Assembly: GCA_009103225.1 (NCBI GenBank)
Contig: RHPI01002998.1
Coordinates: 95,813-159,812, forward strand
Direction: 5' to 3'
Source of the DNA: Chlorokybus atmophyticus
Lineage: Eukaryota > Plantae > Mesostigma and Chlorokybus algae
DNA length: 64,000 nucleotides
Shown: one piece after another, positions 1 through 16,495 of the stretch
Numbering within the stretch: position 1 is the first letter of the stretch
Layout of the letters: each line of letters starts with the position of its first letter
Made by a program: the position numbers and the translations under genes
Notes under the pieces: generated by a model
Databases searched by the model: none
Seen by the model: the letters and a program-made list of their open reading frames with translations, nothing else
What the model was told of the DNA's origin: nothing

Positions 1-3000
1 TCATTGTCTCTGGCGGGGTGAGAGTGGTGCCGGCCGCTGTGCAAGGCACATTCAAGTGAGCAAACTGCTGTTAATACAGCAAATGGATTGATGCAACACG
101 ACATGGTATTGGTTACGCGCAGATTGCATGTGCATACCCGTCAACACAGATGCGTTGTGGCCAACTGGCAAAGCTGCGTTGAAGACTGGGTTGCAGTCCA
201 TGAAGATGCGCAACTCGGAGAACTTGCCAGTGGCAGGGTCAACGCGGAAAATATCAGCGCAGGGGAGCTGCACCTTCGTGCCATCAAGGCGCCAGTAAAT
301 AACATCCATCTCAACAAAAACAGTGTACCCGTCCTCCCAGATCATCTTGATCTCGTGGTATACAGCCTGTCAAGCAAAGCGAGATTAAGATGATGGCAAT
401 TGTAGTACCACTCTGAAGAAGAATAGCACCAAGCCAACAACAGTTCAACACCATGTTCCAGTATGTCCTGCATTGTGCTACATGCCAGAGAGAGTTGCTG
501 ACCTTAATACCGCTGAAGAAAGCCTCTGCAGACTTGAAAATTGTGTCCTTGCTGAGGGCAACCTCAAAGTTGCCGAACTGGTATACTGGGGTCTCAGTAA
601 AGAAGGTGATGAAACCAGCAGAGTCAGAGGCCTCGCCGCGAGAGAACAGTCGCTTGACCTGTGAAGCATTGAGAACACCCACTTTAGCCATGGGCTAATG
701 CATAAGGAAAACATGCACGCCTGTATGTGTATGACAACACACCATGTCGGTGTATGTGCCAGGGAGCACGGCAGGAGTGGGCATAGGGGGCTCTGCCGGC
801 AGCTCGGGCACAGCTCTGATTTGCCACTTGGGTCCACCCTCCTTGTACGACCACTTCGGTGCAAGACCGTTCTTGATGCGATCCTATCAAAACAAGACAA
901 ATAGAATGGTTAAAGCTGGGTGGGTTGCATGTCTCCAAAGACCTGCCACAAACTTGATCGGTCATCATGCCAGGCAGTACCTGTGCCTCGGGATGAGTGG
1001 CAAAATGGTGCATCATGGTGCCAGGGATAGCCAGCTTCTGGGCACTGGCACCAGTGAACACTGTGGCATTGCTAGGGACTGGGATGCTCGGGTCAAACAC
1101 AGGGTTGACATCCATGAAGATGCGCAGCTCGCTGAACTTATCAGCAGCAGCTGTAAATAACAAACAATTGTCAATCACGCGTGTCTGCCTATTAGGTAAA
1201 GAATTACTGAAAGGGGACTTCAACTGCGTACCATCCACGCGGAAGATGTCAAAGCATGGCAGGGTGACCACTGAGCCGTCCAGCCGCCAGTATGTGACAT
1301 CCATCTCCACAAAAACGCAGTCCGCGTGCTCCCACATGCGCTTGATATCGTGGTAAACGGCACTGATGTTGTTGAAGAAGTTCTCTGCCGACTTGAAGAT
1401 GGCATCCTTGGATGTTGCAATCTCAAAGTTGCCGAACTGCACAGCACGAGAGTGACCACCACAAGTCAGCTTGTGGCACAGCACGAGATCCTGCATCAGC
1501 ACTGCCACTAGGAAGCAATCATGCACCTGGTACAGAGGAGTGTCGGTGAAGAACGTGATGAACCCGGCAGAGTCGGAGGCCTCACCACGAGAAAACAAAC
1601 GCTTCACCATGTCAGTATTGTACCCGGGCTGACCCTTTGCTGGAGGGGTGTAAGCGCCAGCAATTGCAGCCGCAGCTCCACCATCCTTGCCGAACCACTG
1701 GTCGAAGAACGGCTTGTATACATCCCTGAGGAAGTACAGGTGCTCGTACTTCTTGTAGCAGCCGCCAACATCACCAGTTCTGATCCAGACCACATCTCCG
1801 AAAGCAGTCATTTCGCTGGTGTTGACGTCAAAGCACACCTGTCAATGCGATCACACTAAGCCCCGCTGCGTGTCTTGCAAGGGTGGCAGCGCACAACAAA
1901 CAAGTCCAATGCTCCATACTGTTAATTGTTTTACAACAACTCTACACCCAAATGCTGCATGAATAGAAGTAGGCACCTCAAACGCATGCAACATGCATGG
2001 CAGCATAACGAAATTGGCTGTGGCAACAACAAACTTAACGCACCCAGTCAAAAGACACGTCTTCACCACTGAAGGTGACGCGTGGCCATGTCATGCGCAC
2101 GCGGGGGTTGGCGAGCATTGCCCACCAGCTGGACTCGTAAGTGTTGCCCTTGGTACGGCCATACCAGTAACCCTTGAGGCCCTGAGGGTCCGGGTTGTTG
2201 GTAATGCCTCCCTCAGAGACATCATACAGGGAATCCTTTGTGAAGTACATGAGCTCATCACGATATTCATTGAAGAGCACAGTCAGTCCACTGTACTCCT
2301 CAGTGACGCCATCAATGGTAAACATGCGATTCTTCTTGTCACCATCGCGCAGCGCTTGACAATGAGTGACCCACCAAATCTGCATACAGCATTGCAATGG
2401 GTTATCTGACCGGCAAACGCAGACAACAATGCATGCAGCCAGGAGATGCCCAAGAGCAGTGTAATGCACTTCTCGCGTTTCACAAGTGGTACCTTGTTCT
2501 CCAACTCTACAGCAGCGGGCGAAGAATACCTCTGCCGAATCTGCAAATGCATCACACACATCAGCTGGCAGCCTGCACAGCATGATTGCAAAAACCCACA
2601 GGTCGAAATTCAACAGCTGTACCTGAGCAAGTGTGGCGTTACGATCAGTTCTGCGGTAGATACGAATGCCCATGATACGAAGGGCATCTTCAATGATTTC
2701 CGGAGGAGCCTGGTGACATGCATGTCAATACTTGATGCTGGGTGACAGTGCAGCGAACAACAAATCACAATCAAGTGGTGGTCGGAAGCCACTGCAAACA
2801 CGGCTGTCATGGAATTATTACTTATGATTAACGGTGTTACCTTCTCCTCGGATAGAGTGCTGTAGTCAACGGTGAAGTCCTTGGCACCAAGGTGTGAAGG
2901 GACTGTCTTGTTGGTGTTGGCAAAGCACTGTGTGAGGAAACCAAGCTCAACACGACTTAAGTAGGTTTGGGCCAGTCAATGCATGCATTGGGCCAGTCAA

Positions 3001-4218
3001 TGCAGACCGCCACATTATCCCAAAAAGATGGAAACCCTCACCTGGCCAAGGTTTAACTTGATCTGAGTGTAGTAGTTTGCGGGAAACTGCTTCTGCCTTT
3101 CAATGAACTCCAGGGCGTTCTGCACTTCGTCTTGCGAGTAAGATGTTGTCTGCACCTGCCAATGTACACACAGTGTCAGCGACAACCAATGCATGCCAGA
3201 TTACAGAGGCATCCAAGTTGGAGTGATGCATGCATGCACGCAGGCATTGACTCAATTGCATTGAAGTGCAAAATAATAATGAGTGAAGAAATGGGGAGAC
3301 AGGCACTGAGGTTGGGCATGCAGCGATATCCAAATCACGTAGTCCAAGCAGAATTACATAAGGAGTAGAGGGGTTGCATGTCACCGCTGGCAATGCACCT
3401 ACCGGGGCAGTAGCGGTGGCCACGGCCTGAGCTGTGGTTGAAGCCGGGCGCGATGCTTTGGTCGCACGCGAGGATGTGGTTGCCACGCGCACAGCAGTGC
3501 CGCCAAGAAACGATGCAGACTCGCTGGCGCCTGGCAGTTTGCGAGCTGGCCTGGTGGCCACGGGCAAGTCTGTGCGAGCAGCGGCGCCCCGCTGCTCAGC
3601 CACAACAGCGGAAGCTGTGGCTGTAATCGTAGACCGAGCCATGGTGGTCTGCAAAAATGTACGATCCCTTGAACTGCAGTACTATGCAAATGCGATGCAC
3701 TCAGTTGCAACTGGCCATGCAACAAGCAGGGTGACCCGACTCAACACAACCATACAAGACTATAGCACAAGCCACCGTTCAGATGACTGCGGCTGCAGGC
3801 TCACCCTTTACACTGACATCTCAAGGAAATGAACACTAGCTGCAGAGCAGAGTGTGGCAGCAAGACAGGTAAGCAGCAAGCAGCAACAAAGGCCATAGCT
3901 GAGATGCAACCGCGCAGAACTGAGCGCAGCGGGGCCAAAACACAACGCACCGACATAGGATACCACGATCTTGCGGCACACAACTATCCATACAATGCTA
4001 CGGCGACAGCATGCACGTCACAATGCAAAAGGTAAGGCGAGGTCGGTTGACGTGAATGCGAGCAATACACACTTAAGCACACAACAAACCATCTTGCAGA
4101 AGCAACTGCTGAGCGCTCAAAACGACAGAAGAGCACAGATAACGTAGATAGCTTAGCACTACTCAGCACAACTCCGGCAAGCAGGCAGCAGCTGCCTGTA
4201 GCAGCAACGTACCTGCAT
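1..4218 (-). CDS. Multi-exon, probably plastid-targeted protein with an unassigned N-terminal domain and at least two tandem SnoaL/NTF2-like repeats; 3' end lies beyond the left edge
   Basis: Start gccaccATGCAG|gtacg at 4218 gives a 6-nt first coding exon. The next exon is Ala/Ser/Thr/Arg-rich with few acidic residues (transit-peptide-like). GT-AG spliced exons follow (TTSYSQDEVQNALEF..., APPEIIEDALRIMG..., ...YWYGRTKGNTYESSWW...). Two near-identical units (VKRLFSRGEASDSAGFITFFT...VFVEMDV.YWRLDG...LPC.DIFRVD...KFSELRIFMD.NPVF) lie at about 1600-1080 and 660-160. Confidence 0.8.
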
Positions 4219-4416
4219 GGTGGCTAGCGCTGCGGTTGCGACAATGCAAGCAGCGGCACGTCGCTCAGGGTATCCTTCCCCCCTTCAATCGCAGCGAGCG
4301 CAACAGCTGCCGCCACTTCCGACGCCGCCGTCGTCGCCACCACCACCGCTGGCGTCGTGCTCTCGGCCTGCTTGGGGATAGGTGCTACGCAGCTAAACTA
4401 GGCGTACCCTTGACTA

Positions 4417-4762
4417 CGTAACTAACCGCATATTGCGCTGACCGCTAACGTACCTGGCTGCTGCACGTTATGGCAGGTAAGTAACCTCTGCGATGCCATG
4501 GGGTGTCCCTTACGTTATGGTTTTATTCTCTGTTTGACTTGTCGGTTACCGCGGACTAGGAATCGACTGTTACGTCGCTCAGGCTCGCAGCAGGCCGCTT
4601 GGGGTGAGGTTGTCGAATCTGAAGCGTAATCAGGCTTACAGCGATGGGCCGGCACTGCCGCGGCGGCATGCTGCGAGATTACATCACTGGAGGCTGTGAG
4701 TGACGTAACATAGGTCAGTCTGGCGTATTCGTAACCAACTTGCCGCGCAGCAAGAGCGTAAC
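4417..4762. promoter_or_regulatory. CpG-rich promoter with clustered CGTAAC/GTTACG motifs
   Basis: CGTAAC or GTTACG at 4417, 4569, 4704, 4730 and 4757, plus GTAAC/GTTAC at 4481 and 4545, just upstream of the ATG at 4218. Confidence 0.5.
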
Positions 4763-6319
4763 CAGTGCAGACCGGTCAATCTGGCTAGCAGCCGGTTGCT
4801 GACCAGCGTCTGTAGCCTCTACCGGTCTCAGGTGATGACGATTGTGCCATGCATGGGTCGTTTCGCAACTCGTGCCTTGTGCAACTGAAGTTGCTAGTGG
4901 AAAAGTATTGGGTACAAGCCGACAAGCGCAGTGCGAAGGTTAAAAAGTTGCGTGTTGTGCTGGACAACTTGTGCACTGGAAGAGTTGCCCACAGGCATAA
5001 TCATAATCAGCTGTAAATACAACTTTACAGGTATATTGACGGTAATACCAAGAATGCTTGTCATACTTGTTCAGTTGACAACATATCAATTCACAAAGAT
5101 CATCTGATGATCATATAAAGTCTATGACAAGCAATACCATACTTTATGTTTTTCGATTAATGAATTCAGTGATTTACGCCATGAATGCGGTGTACATGTA
5201 CCACACAACACTTGTTACCGTGGTTATCCAAGACAATCCTCATACGAAATCCTAGGCCTTTGAGACACAAATAGGGCGGCTGTCACAGTTAAATACGGTA
5301 TTTAAACATTGTATTCTATCTATTTAAGCACACATAATAAAGTACTATATGTATAACATGCTCATGCTTTTGTATAACATTCATAGTGTGCTTATTCATA
5401 TTAATATTAGAACACATGGAAGGCCGGCATATACACTATCATGTTAGCTTGTGATTATAAGTAAACGTGTACAATATCACCCATATAACATTATATTACA
5501 TACACAATTCAAGTGTACATACATTAACAATATGGTATACAATGTAAATATCGTGTTGTAAGCTATCTCACTTGTAACAATTCAAATTGATAGTAACAGT
5601 TGAGAAGGTTAACATGGTACTCTCTCTTTATATATGAAGTATACAGCTTTCTCCTTGCGTAGCCGCTAGCAATAATAATATATCACAGTTTTCGGAATGC
5701 AGTAGAAGATAACTTCACTTATTCGTGTACATACATGCATGGTTGCATTGCCTATATGAATGCCAGCATGATGCATGGCAAATATGATGTCAGACATCAT
5801 CATGAGCCTTACTTGATGGTGCATTAGCATCAAGACTCTTCCAATAGTCTTGGTACAAGGCTAACATGTGACACAGCATTGACTATTAACGTCGCAAAAA
5901 TGATGTGGCTCAGTCGACGTTCGATGAACAAGCAGTCTCGATCAGCGTTAATTATGTGGCTTTTTTAAGAGTTGATACTCGCATTGTGAGAAGGATTATC
6001 AAGCTCAGCAATGTGCGTACGAAAGGTCTTTTTTTCTTTGCACGGGTGTGCACAAGTTACTTCTTGCCTGTCTTTACTGGACGCAAGTCATTGTTCAGTC
6101 AAGTGACACATCGCCTCCTTCCCAAAGCAAATTGTTGTTATTGTGCACTGCCTTATGACAGTCACACAAGCAACATTAACGTGATGCTCAAGCGTTGCCG
6201 CACTGTTGCCTCAAGGGTTGCTGCAATGCACCGAGCACTTGTACACGATTGGCGATGCCGGGTTGGGCAAAACCACAACCTTTATTCATTCACCAGTCAA
6301 TGAGTGCGTGCGTTGAGTT

Positions 6320-9300
6320 TTCAAAACTGATGCGAAGCTTTCAACGCCAGCCAAAACTGCTCTTCACATACGGATGAGCATGCGAGCATTGCAAATAACT
6401 TGGGCGTGGCTCTGAGCCATGAGACATTGGAAACAAGCAAAGGTGGGGTGTGGTATTGATCAGGCAAAAAGGGCTTCATTATGCGGCAATGCGTCGGCTA
6501 GAGAATTTGCAACTCTATTGTGCTCTTGCAGGTGTACATTGGGTGAAGGAAGCATCATCTGCAGCATGTCATAAAAACAAGCATCTCTTTCTTCACTAGT
6601 GCAGCTGCACTTGTTTCCTGCTCGCCATCTGATACTACCCGAGTGCAACCCAATCGCTGACATCTCTTGTTATTTCTTGCAGCACGCAACCGAAGCAACA
6701 GGCCCAGCACGTTAGAGCAATCATATCAATAGCTGAATAGCATGCAATCATAGGTAGCATCTATTACCAGCAAGGCTGCAAGCTTGCTAATTGATTGGCT
6801 ACAAGCTCCCAAGTTGAAGGCGCTGCATCAGTTGACGGTTGTATTGGAGCCTACATGCTTTCGCAAAGCAAGTGATTCAGCTGGGTTCAACATGTGTTGA
6901 GAAATGCGGACACACCTAAAAGCTGCCCAAGCAACTTGCTGAAGCAACCAACACCGGTGCTTGTCAATCATTGCAGCTGCGATTGCTTGGAAATTGTGCG
7001 TGACACTTGTTCCATGTCGGAGTTACAGCACTTGCCAATGGAACCTACGAAAACTGTCTGTCTTACATAGCCGAATGCCACCAGATAATTGAGCAATGGC
7101 AACAAGTTGGCCGTGAAAATGATGGTGTCAAGAAATTGCGCAGTGATGTGTTTTTGCTGGTACATGTGTTTAGCAAATTTACTTTGTGCATATGTATAAC
7201 TATGCTTAAACTGTTTATTTGCAACGTCGCACTGCTGAGTCTATGCAAGCTTTACAACAAGCTGACGTCATGGTTGAAAACGCCCTCAGTGGTGATCAAG
7301 ACCTTGATGTTGACATGCTGCGGCATGCTATTGACAAGTACAAAAAGGCTTTGCTGCTTACGCGCGAGCACGATGTAGAGAACGAAGCCATCGCATTGAG
7401 CAAGTAAATTATGCTGCAGCAATGCGGCGTTGCTGTGTGCATTATTGAGTGGAATGCTAAGCAATTTACGCCTTACATAGGTTGGGCAGAGTGTATATGA
7501 AGGTTGTGAAGCTGGAGAAGCGCGGCAACAAGTACTGCATGCAAGCCATTTAGCTGGCGCATAAGCAGCAGGCGCGCAATTGGTTCGGGCAAAAATGGTG
7601 TGTGGAGTGCACTGAGCTCACCAAAAAGGTACGAGCTGCAGCTGCTTTATGCTTGGCCAGGATCATTATGTAAAATAGCCAGCGTACTGTTTCAATGTAG
7701 CACATCGCATGTTGCTGCAGTATCGACAGCGCAAGCTTGCACGCGAAGCCAAGGAGCAGGCCAAGCAGCTCGCGCCCATCCTCAAAGAGTTGAAAGCTGT
7801 TCTTGACATCATATGGGTAAGTTGTCTCATAAATATATGCACGGCTTCTACATTAATGCAGGCACACAGTCGTGCATTTCTTGACTGGTAAAGGGTCAGC
7901 TGATTGGAGCACAGAGTGTTTCAACATCACCTTGTTGGGGCAGGCAAAGTCTCAAGAGTCTGGCATTGCTCCTCTGCAGCACATATACCATGTCTGTATT
8001 GGATCAAGCGCGATGTGCAGTATTGTTCAGTGCCATGCATGATTTGCATTGCAAAGGCCATGCTTGAGTGTGCATATGCTTGTGCACATGCGCGCGAATG
8101 TCTGCATGTTGTATACGCGTGTGTTGTGCTCGTGCTGATTGTGACACTCAGGTGTCACGCCTATAAGGCTGGTAAAAGTCATTCTCCGTACAAGAGCGAC
8201 GGTCAAGTGCAACCTCCTCCTCCTCCAGTTGAGGTTGAGGGTGATCTCGACTATAAAGTCGAGGCCATCGTCGGTAAACGGTTTAGAAAGTATAAGAAAA
8301 ACTTTCGAATCCAATACTTGGTAAAGTGGCTTAGTTATGGTGAAGAACATAACACCTGGGAGCCCATTTCCAACTTGGCAAACTGTGCTACCAAGCTAGA
8401 CGAGTTTGAGAATAAGCTCAAATACACAGGCGCCACTTGAGCTTGTGCTCAGAGCATGTGTTCAGTTGCAAAAGCGTGGATGCACGTGCAACCTCCCTTC
8501 ATGTGACATACCAACACCGTCAACACTGATACTTAGTATCAGAGTTGGTTCTGTCACTCCCGTGACTTGCACTACTTTCACGCGTCGAGTGCTGCTATCG
8601 ACGGCTTTGGCCAACTGTGCCAGAAGCTGTGCGGGACTTGTGTTTCATCATTTTGCAACGAGGTCGTTGCAATGCAAGTGGGGAGGAATGTCACGCATAT
8701 AAGGCTGGCAAAAGTCAATCTATGTCCCTTACTTATGTAGTAAGAGGAGACTAAGTGGATTTTCCATTCCATAAGCATGTATAGTGCTTGTGGGGTGCGC
8801 TTATGTAGGTCTACTCTTGAGCCTATATGGCCCTGAGTGTGATGAACTACACAAGGCATTGGTGAGGGCTAGCATTGAGCTGGTCAGTGCCTAAGGCTTT
8901 TGGCCCAAACCTATAAGTTGCCACAGGATGTGACAGCTCCAAGAAAGAAAGCCAAGTTGGCAAACCACAGAATCATACTGTGGTAGTGCGATTTGCCATA
9001 ATGATGACAGTTGCAAGGCTAAGTGATGCCTGTGGTCAATCCGCAAGTAATACTATACTAGGAGAGCCTATGTTTGTAGTTCTGAGGTAGGATTGTTCCT
9101 CCTATGGAAAACCGAGGGAGTTTGATAATCCCGAGGTTGATGTCCTGTGATGGGACATGTCCTATGTGGACACAGTCAGCATGTGCTGGAAGGTCAGCAC
9201 ACAGTGACAAGGCCTTGGACCTTGGAAATGCTGTGTGCCAGGTCGGGAGAGCGGCAAGTGGTATAAAAGCTCAGTTGCTACCTTGAGTAGGAATTAGAGT

Positions 9301-9879
9301 GTGTTCACCACTTGAGGGCCACTTGTGTGTGGGGTGCCTGGTTGTAGCTGTTGAAGGGGCTCTCCCCCTCATCCCTTGTGAGGTGTGGTGTTGTGTGTGT
9401 GCATGTGGGTGTGTTGGGCGTGGGTGTGCCTGGGGCTGGAGCTGCGTGAGAGGTTGGTGGTCATCCTCTCCTCCCTTGCTGCGCTTCTGCAACTTCCCGT
9501 GCACCGTGGTGCTGATGGGACTTCCGCTGTAAGTCCTTAGTGCTTGTGCATGAGTTTGCCAAGCCCCGACCAGCAAGTAAGTAGAAGTATCGTTACATCA
9601 AGTGCATCCTCCGAAATACGCCAATCACAAGATGAGCAGTTTGAACTCTGAGTCGATGAAGGAAACCATGCAATCAGCTATCCTCCACTATCATCCGGAC
9701 AAAAAATCTAGCATTTGGCTTGAAGTGGGAGGTAAATGCTTAACTGTGGGCAACACTAACGCAATGTTCCTTATTGCATGTAATCACATCACACGTGCAT
9801 AAGCTTGGTACGATGACAGGTCTTGTGCGAAGAGATCATCAAGCATATTACCGGCAAGTATGAGCATCTGAAGCGATAG
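6320..9879 (+). pseudogene. TPR-repeat protein with C-terminal J-domain-like HPDK segment, pseudogenised
   Basis: TPR-like exons (HASIANNLGVAL; AIDKYKKALLLTREHDVENEAIALSK|LGRVYMKV) and terminal exons (AILHYHPDKK...WLE|VLCEEIIKHITGKYEHLKR*). An in-frame TAG lies at 7551-7553 (MQAI*LAHKQ), further stops occur in upstream exons, and an LTR element is inserted at 8153. The 5' limit is approximate. Confidence 0.65.
8153..9597 (+). mobile_element. Internally deleted Ty3/gypsy chromovirus LTR retrotransposon (5' LTR stub, integrase chromodomain end, PPT, full 3' LTR)
   Basis: TGTCACGC.TATAAGGCTGG.AAAAGTCA occurs at both 8153 and 8689. A chromodomain ORF (PPPPVEVEGDLDYKVEAIVGKRFR...YLVKWLSYGEEHNTWEPISNL) ends at 8440. 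A purine tract AAGTGGGGAGGAA at 8676-8688 directly precedes TG. The LTR ends CGTTACA at 9597 and has TATAAAA near 9262. Flanks TCAGG/TCAAG form a 4/5 target-site duplication. Confidence 0.85.
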
Positions 9880-10828
9880 AATAACAGCGACGTTAAGCAC
9901 ATAGACTAATGACAAGGTGCATCTGTTGTGCGTGGATGTGTGCCAGGGTGGGTGCTCTGAGTTTGTGCCACTTTATAACATGTGATGTCATTATTACACA
10001 CGCAGAACACATGCATCTGTGGCCCATAAGTTAGAAGTGCTGTGCTGTAACCAACGCATTTGTATGATACCGATGCACCTTTGCCGCGCATGTATATGTC
10101 GACGTCATCAACCGAGGACCATGCGTTATTGTCGCATAAGCTACCTATCCACCTACTAAGCCATCGCTATAGTGCAACCACACTCGACCAACTGCTGGCC
10201 CGCTGAGACGGCAGATGCTACGCACTGGAAGTCACGCGTATTGTACGCCGGCTGCGCTACTGTCCCAGTTGGTCTTCCGAACGTTCAAGCGTCATACGCC
10301 GCAAAGATTGCACAGGGAGCAGGCTGAGTGGTAACAGAGTTTGCTCATACCGAGGACAAGAAGGCACATGCCCACCGCCCGACCCTAACGAGCACGATCT
10401 GAAAGCACAGCACATTCCGTTGTGCATTGTTTGTACATGATCGCATGCAGCATATGCAGCATGCGATCTTTGTAAAACCATGTGCAACGGCCAATGCGCC
10501 AGGCACTGCTGACGTGAGCAGTGCACGGCAAGGGTGATACGACGCAGCGGAGCACCGCTGTGTTGCGGACAATGGCAGAGGAAGGAGGTGGAGACAGGGA
10601 GGGAGGGCGGGGGAGTCCTTGTCGCTAATGTGCATGTTGCCATCCTGACCAACAGCGCCAGAAACCAACCAGCGCCACTGTGGGCAGGTGATTATAACCG
10701 CATGTATACAGAAAATGCCAGTGATGTAAGCTATTGCTTGACTAACAGGGTGAAGGCAGTAGAGTAGTGGCGTAGTGAAATAGCCCGGCGGTGACCTGGC
10801 GGTGGGTGGGTGTGGGGGGGGGGGGGGG

Positions 10829-11254
<426 letters not shown>

Positions 11255-11887
11255 TGCTTCACCACGCCAGGCGAGCGCACTCAGATGCACAATCATGCGC
11301 CCGCGCGCCCTCACTACCAGCCCCGCCGTCGACCCCAGCCTCGCGCGCGCATACGCATGCATACACACGGCAGTCGCATAGCAGACTCAGCATGCCTTGC
11401 ACCCTACGCATCTGAGCTTGTCCATACCTTACTGATGTCCGTTGACAGCCTTGCCCCACAAATAGCCAACCCTAACACGCAGTCCTTCAACAAACGATGG
11501 AAGCACGGGCGAGAAAGACAGCAACTCCATATTGTCATAGCCAAGCTACTCTCGAGCGCACACAAACAAAAGTACGATATACAGGGCACCCCCCACAGCG
11601 CGGCATGCGCCCAGAGAAACATCTCGCATGAATGGTGTGTACAAACGATGTGGCTACTGATACATACAACACACCACCAGCTGCATGCCACTCAGCCCTC
11701 TGAACCCAACAACGGTTCATGCTGTTGACCGCTCGCATGCTCTGTGCTAGCGTCTTGAGACCCATTTGGTGCAAGGTGCGTACGCGATACACGCCAACCT
11801 GTGTTACAACAGTATGTCTCAGGGAAGTGAAACAAGACTTTGCACCAACAAGAGGCTCGCGCAGACACATCATCAAAGGCCGCTCAC

Positions 11888-15305
<3,418 letters not shown>

Positions 15306-15560
15306 GCTGAACTACCTGAATGCACTATGAATAATGAGTCACACTTCTCACACTCTGCGGAAGATAAACTTCTTAGAACTGTCTCGGAAACACACACTAG
15401 TACCAGACATATTGCCCGATTGCTGTTTCTTATAAAAAGTACCTCGTTACTTCCCTGGATAGTGCACAGCGGTATCTGTAGGCAATCTGTTGTCTGCGCA
15501 GCTGCGTCGGCGGCGTCGTTGTTGGTGTTGTCGTCGTAGTCGTCACCAGCCGTCGCCACC

Positions 15561-16495
15561 ATGTCGGTGACTCACATTACTCTGCCAGTGAAGGACGTGC
15601 ACAAGAGCTTCGCCTTCTACGAGGCGGCGCTGAAGCCTTTGGGGTGAGTGAGGAAGAGGAGTAGAGTTGGAGGCTGCATGCCATGTGTGCCTGGATGTGC
15701 TTGGATGCTGACTACACTGAATTGCACTGTTGTGCACAGGTACACCAAGTTTGACAGGCCGCAGCTGTCAAGAGGCATGGGCGGCTTCTGCAACGCTCGG
15801 GGCGTGCCGGACTTCATGATCAAGGAGCTGAAGGACGGCAGCGAAGTCCAGGGAGTACATGCAGCTTTTGCTGCGAAGGTAGGCGCCTTGTTGACATTTG
15901 ACAAGGCCAGCAAGGCTAGGGTTTGGTGGTGAGGAGCATAGCAGCAGTACTGCGTTGGTGAGGCAGCTACATTGTTGAGCATGCATGAGGTTTGCTAGAG
16001 GCAGATGTGAAGGGATTTCCTAGCTGAGTGATGGGAGAGAAGAAGAGGGTTGTTTCGGCAGCTGAGCAGCAGGGTTGGGGGCACACAGGTTGTGTTAAGA
16101 TGAAGCCGCCAGAGCCGTCTGTGAAGCAATCCTTGTCTAAGGGACTGATTGTACTTGCAATCCAATAATAACCTTGTTTCTGTGCAGTCACACGAAGATG
16201 TTGACGCATGGTACAAGGCCTGCCTGGATGCAGGTGCGAAAGACAACGGGCCACCAGGTAATGACAGTTGTTGCCTAACCGTAAGTTGATAATCTCGAGT
16301 GTGCATTGAGTGGCTCTTCATGGTGGGAAGGCAGCCGTAGCTGAACATGTTAGACAACACACAGCATCATGCCCACACCCGTTTGAAATGTTTGGTGTGT
16401 GTGCAGGCTTGCGCGTGGATTACCATCCCAACTTTTATGCTGCCTTCGTTGTTGATCCCGATGGCCACCGCCTTGAGGCCTGCTACTGCGACTAA
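15561..16495 (+). CDS. VOC family (glyoxalase/bleomycin resistance-like) protein, 4 exons
   Basis: MSVTHITLPVKDVHKSFAFYEAALKPLG|YTKF...GVHAAFAAK|SHEDVDAWYKACLDAGAKDNGPPG|LRVDYHPNFYAAFVVDPDGHRLEACYCD*, with canonical GT-AG introns and typical VOC H..FA and DPDG..LE motifs. Confidence 0.9.

Noticed and set aside
7551-7553. Stop-codon reassignment (TAR=Gln or TGA read-through) explaining the in-frame stops
   Set aside because: Intact genes end in all three stops (TAA: VOC, 2H; TAG: UXT; TGA: SBE2, SAE2, TTL) and have no internal stops. Internal stops occur only in loci with other lesions.
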